10,632 nucleotides of DNA from Octopus sinensis (taxonomy: Eukaryota). The stretch spans positions 1 to 10,632 of the forward strand of contig NW_021827167.1 in NCBI RefSeq assembly GCF_006345805.1. Reading direction: 5' to 3'. The notes beneath the pieces are model-generated. The model did no database searches. It worked only from the letters and a program-made list of their open reading frames with translations, and was not told the DNA's origin. Position 1 is the stretch's first letter, and each line of letters opens with the position of its first letter. Both the position numbers and the translations under genes were made by a program. Below are positions 7,086 through 10,632 of the stretch, in pieces.

Positions 7086-7359
7086 TCTTTTCCAACTACC
7101 ATTTCGTGACTAACACTCATCGCCCCAAGCTGCCACTATTCTTCAATTATAAGGGAAATTCCAATTTTAATTAATATTTTCATTCTGTTCTCTTTTTTTT
7201 CTTTTTTTACTTCTTACGCACGGCATTGAGTACATAACTGTTGAATTTATTTATCTAAATTCTTACTATTGTTCTATTTGAGTTATTTCCCCTTTGTTCA
7301 TTTTTATACCAAAAAAAAAAAAACATCGTCTTCTTTCTCACTGCAACTCACTCATCACG

Positions 7360-7533
7360 ATAACGAACATCACCACCACCATCACTATCCACAACGACAA
7401 CAACAACAACCTCCACCACCATCACTATCTCCACCCCCACAGTCTTCTCCATTATCCTCATCAGCACCACTACCGCCATTTTAAGCGTCACCAGTCATCG
7501 TCGCCGTCGTCTTGGTTAGCAGCAGCAGCATCG

Positions 7534-7594
<61 letters not shown>

Positions 7595-7672
7595 CCCATC
7601 ATCACCATCCACCATCATCATCATCATCATCACATCATCATCATCATCATCATCGTCATCGCATCATCATCA

Positions 7673-7734
<62 letters not shown>

Positions 7735-7876
7735 GCATCATCGTCGTTCGTCGTCATCATCATCATCATCATCATTCATCATCATCATCCTCATCGGTCA
7801 TCATCGTCATCATCATCTCATCATCCATCATCATCGTCTCATCGTTATCATCATCATCAGATCATCATCATCATCG

Positions 7877-7910
<34 letters not shown>

Positions 7911-8066
7911 TCATCATCATCGTCATCATCATCACATCATCATCATCATCATCATCATCATCATTATCATCGTCATCCATCGCGTCATCATCATCATCAT
8001 CGTCTTCGTCATCAGCATCATCATCGTCATCATCGTCATCGTCATCATCGTCATCATCATCATCTT
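7360..8066. repeat. (CAC/CAA)-rich lead-in followed by a long degenerate (CAT)n tract
   Basis: Directly visible; source of the poly-H/S/I ORFs. Confidence 0.95.
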
Positions 8067-8070
8067 CGAG

Positions 8071-8391
8071 GTTTGGATAATTCACCTTTGGAAACATGGG
8101 TGGTTCGTTCAACATCCTTAAACAATCCTTATTCAGGGACCTTTTGAGCGGGATGGGCTACTCGAGCAGAAGAAAATTCTAATTGGGCCTCACCTGCAAG
8201 AACATGCGCTGTTTATCTTGATATGAGATCACCATGTCGCGCACATATGATTCTGATGCATGTGCCTGGTGTACCCTTATCAGACGGGTAGTCATGATGG
8301 GTATATTGGGCTTCGTATATTTTACCCCAGTGTCACTTTGATGGCATGCACTGCTCTCTCACTCAATAATAATAATAATAATAATAATAAT
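8071..8391 (+). mobile_element. Probable 3' end of a non-LTR retrotransposon (LINE 3' UTR-like) with an (AAT)n tail
   Basis: A complex-sequence island ending in ...GCACTGCTCTCTCACTC followed by (AAT)n at 8365-8391, with local hairpins such as GCACAT/ATGTGC at 8241-8265. I recall this as a common octopus interspersed repeat; the clade is not determined. Confidence 0.5.
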
Positions 8392-8423
8392 GATGATGAT
8401 GATGATGATGATGACGATGATGG

Positions 8424-8485
<62 letters not shown>

Positions 8486-8503
8486 ATGATGGTGGTGGTG
8501 ATG

Positions 8504-8534
<31 letters not shown>

Positions 8535-8572
8535 TGATGATGATGGTGATGATGAAGGCGATGAGGATGATA
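8391..8572. repeat. (GAT)n/(GGT)n trinucleotide tract
   Basis: Directly visible. Confidence 0.95.
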
Positions 8573-8859
8573 ACATGAAATAAAAAATAAAAAAAATTTC
8601 GGAAAAGAAATAACTTTTAAAAATGGCCGCGATTAAAAAAACTCACTAAAATTGATAATGAGATATGCAACGAACTTAGATATAATGCTTTAAAAAAAAA
8701 AATTAAAGGATATCATTAACGCGCTGACGTGGATCTCGATTCCGGTTTACACCAGATTGAACCGGTATGACACGATAGAGAAAGATTACATCAGAGCCAC
8801 GACGTACAATAAACTCCACGGCTTATTGTGTTACATAACAGCTGAAATAAAGTTATGTG

Positions 8860-9332
8860 CACGTGTGTGTATATATGCATCTATATCAATGTGTATGTGT
8901 GTGTGTGCACGCGTGTGTGCGTGTGTGTGTGCATGTGCGCGCAAATATATATTTGAAGAAACATTATAAACAATAAAATACGAACAATATAAGATGTATG
9001 ATAAAGGGGATACGGAGAATACATATATGAGAGTGAAACATATATATAGGCATATACATACATACATACATCTATATGAATATTGTATATATGTATACAT
9101 AGATACAGATTATATATATATATATTATATATAATATGTATACATATATTTATTATATTGTATGTATATATATATCTATATATATATTATATATATCTAT
9201 ATATATATATATATATCAAATACCTATGACTGTTGTGTGTATATATTATATGTATGTATGGTATGTATGTATCTAGATATCTATCTGCATATACATATAA
9301 ATTTGTATTATATATATATGTGTGTGTATATA

Positions 9333-9379
<47 letters not shown>

Positions 9380-9470
9380 GTATATGTGTGTGTATGTGTA
9401 TATATATATATGTGTGTGTGTGTATTTGTATATATATATGAAGTGAGAGAGAGAGAGAGCAGCGACTGTA
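8860..9470. repeat. Degenerate (TG)n/(TA)n/(GA)n microsatellite region
   Basis: Directly visible. Confidence 0.85.
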
Positions 9471-10004
9471 ACAGCAACAATAGCAACAACAGTTATCATT
9501 TGAAATGGTTCTCCTTTCCATTTTTTTGCACCTTTCCTCCTTCTCCTCCTATACCCCTCCTCACACCTCCCCTCCCTTCCTCCCCTTCCTCCCCTTCCTC
9601 CTCCTCCTCCTGCTCATCATCATCTTCATCGTCGTCATTGTCATTGTCTCATATTCCATTTCCGATATACACACATCGTTTTTGTTTTTGTTACCGAGTA
9701 TGTGATAAGCTAACGCCAACGTTTAGATACACCGACACAATAAGATGCTACACGCACGCATGCCCCCGCCCCCACCCCCACACACACGCACACAACATAC
9801 ACATTCAGAAACACACACACACATACACACATGTGTTAGGTTTAAGAACCGGCTTCTTAATTTGACCTTTAGCTGACTTGCCATTGTTACTATTATTTAT
9901 TATTATTATTATTATTAAAATGTTGAAACCATTTTTATGAACGTTGAAATCTTTATCAGATCGGCCGTGGGCCTCATCAAAGGAAACACCTTTAGTATCG
10001 CTCT

Positions 10005-10178
10005 CTGTTGCTGTTGCTGTTGTTATTGTCATATGTGTTGCTGCAGTTGTAGTCGTTATGTTTGTATTTATTATTGCTGTAGTTGTTGATGTTGCTTTTG
10101 AAGTTGTTGTTGTTGTAGTTGTTGTTATTATGGATACTTTCGTTCATGCTGTTGCTATTATTATTCTTTTTGTTTGCT

Positions 10179-10214
<36 letters not shown>

Positions 10215-10470
10215 TAGTAGTAGTAGTAGTAGTAGTTGTTGTTGCAGTAGAAGTATTTGTAGTATTTGTAGTAGTAGTAGGAGTAGTAGTTTTGGTCTTA
10301 GTAGTAGTAGTAGTAGATGCACCAGGAGCAGTAGTAGAAATAGTGGTGGTGGTGGTGGTGGTATTGGTTGTGGTGGTGGTGGTGGTGGTGGTGGGTAGTA
10401 GTAGTTGTGCTAGTAGTAGTTGCAGTAGTAGTAATAAGAGCAGCAGCAGCGGTAGTAGTAGTATTAGAAT

Positions 10471-10514
<44 letters not shown>

Positions 10515-10632
10515 TAGTAGTTGTTGGCAGTAGAAGTATTTGTAGTATTTGTAGTAGTAGTAGTAGTAGTATTTTGGTCTTAGTATAGTAGTCGTAGATG
10601 CACCAGGAGCAGTAGTAGAAATAGTGGTGGTG
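10005..10632. repeat. (GTT)n/(TAG)n/(GGT)n trinucleotide region containing a ~282-bp higher-order tandem duplication
   Basis: Non-repetitive anchors recur: GCAGTAGAAGTATTTGTAGTATTTG (10244, 10527), TTTGGTCTTA (10291, 10573) and AGATGCACCAGGAGCAGTAGTAGAAATAGTGGTGGTG (10315, 10596). Confidence 0.85.

Noticed and set aside
6304-7113. 269-aa hydrophobic F/S/L ORF resembling a membrane protein
   Set aside because: It is the translation of a polypyrimidine and (TCTA)n tract.
8230-8300. Possible second hammerhead on the minus strand (CUGAUAA, nearby ACAUGCAU)
   Set aside because: The core is not CUGANGA, and there is no stem II-GAAA arrangement or compatible stem I.
7294-8583. Poly-His/Ser/Ile/Asp/Met ORFs up to 275 aa
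   Set aside because: (CAT)n and (GAT)n are stop-free in several frames at once, and no frame is distinguished.
9944-10588. 214-aa Val/Ser-rich ORF
   Set aside because: It derives from GTT/GTA/AGT trinucleotide repeats and has no credible domain.

Overview
Eukaryotic, repeat-dominated non-coding DNA, probably intronic or intergenic. The SINE families and microsatellite style match what I recall from Octopus genomes; this is recognition from memory, not a database search. No host protein-coding exon can be supported, and nearly all ORFs in the track are microsatellite or SINE artefacts. The window holds: (1) three copies of a bipartite tRNA-derived SINE; (2) several monomeric, dimeric and nested copies of a second tRNA-derived SINE family, some with clear target-site duplications; (3) an internally deleted Tc1/mariner element that keeps an uninterrupted ORF for the N-terminal DNA-binding domain only; (4) a probable LINE 3' end with an (AAT)n tail; (5) long simple-repeat tracts. 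The most notable observation is a type I hammerhead ribozyme on the minus strand (core 2541-2589). It sits at the tip of a ~140-nt rod inside a hairpin-dense ~300-nt module, which lies in the linker of a bipartite SINE.
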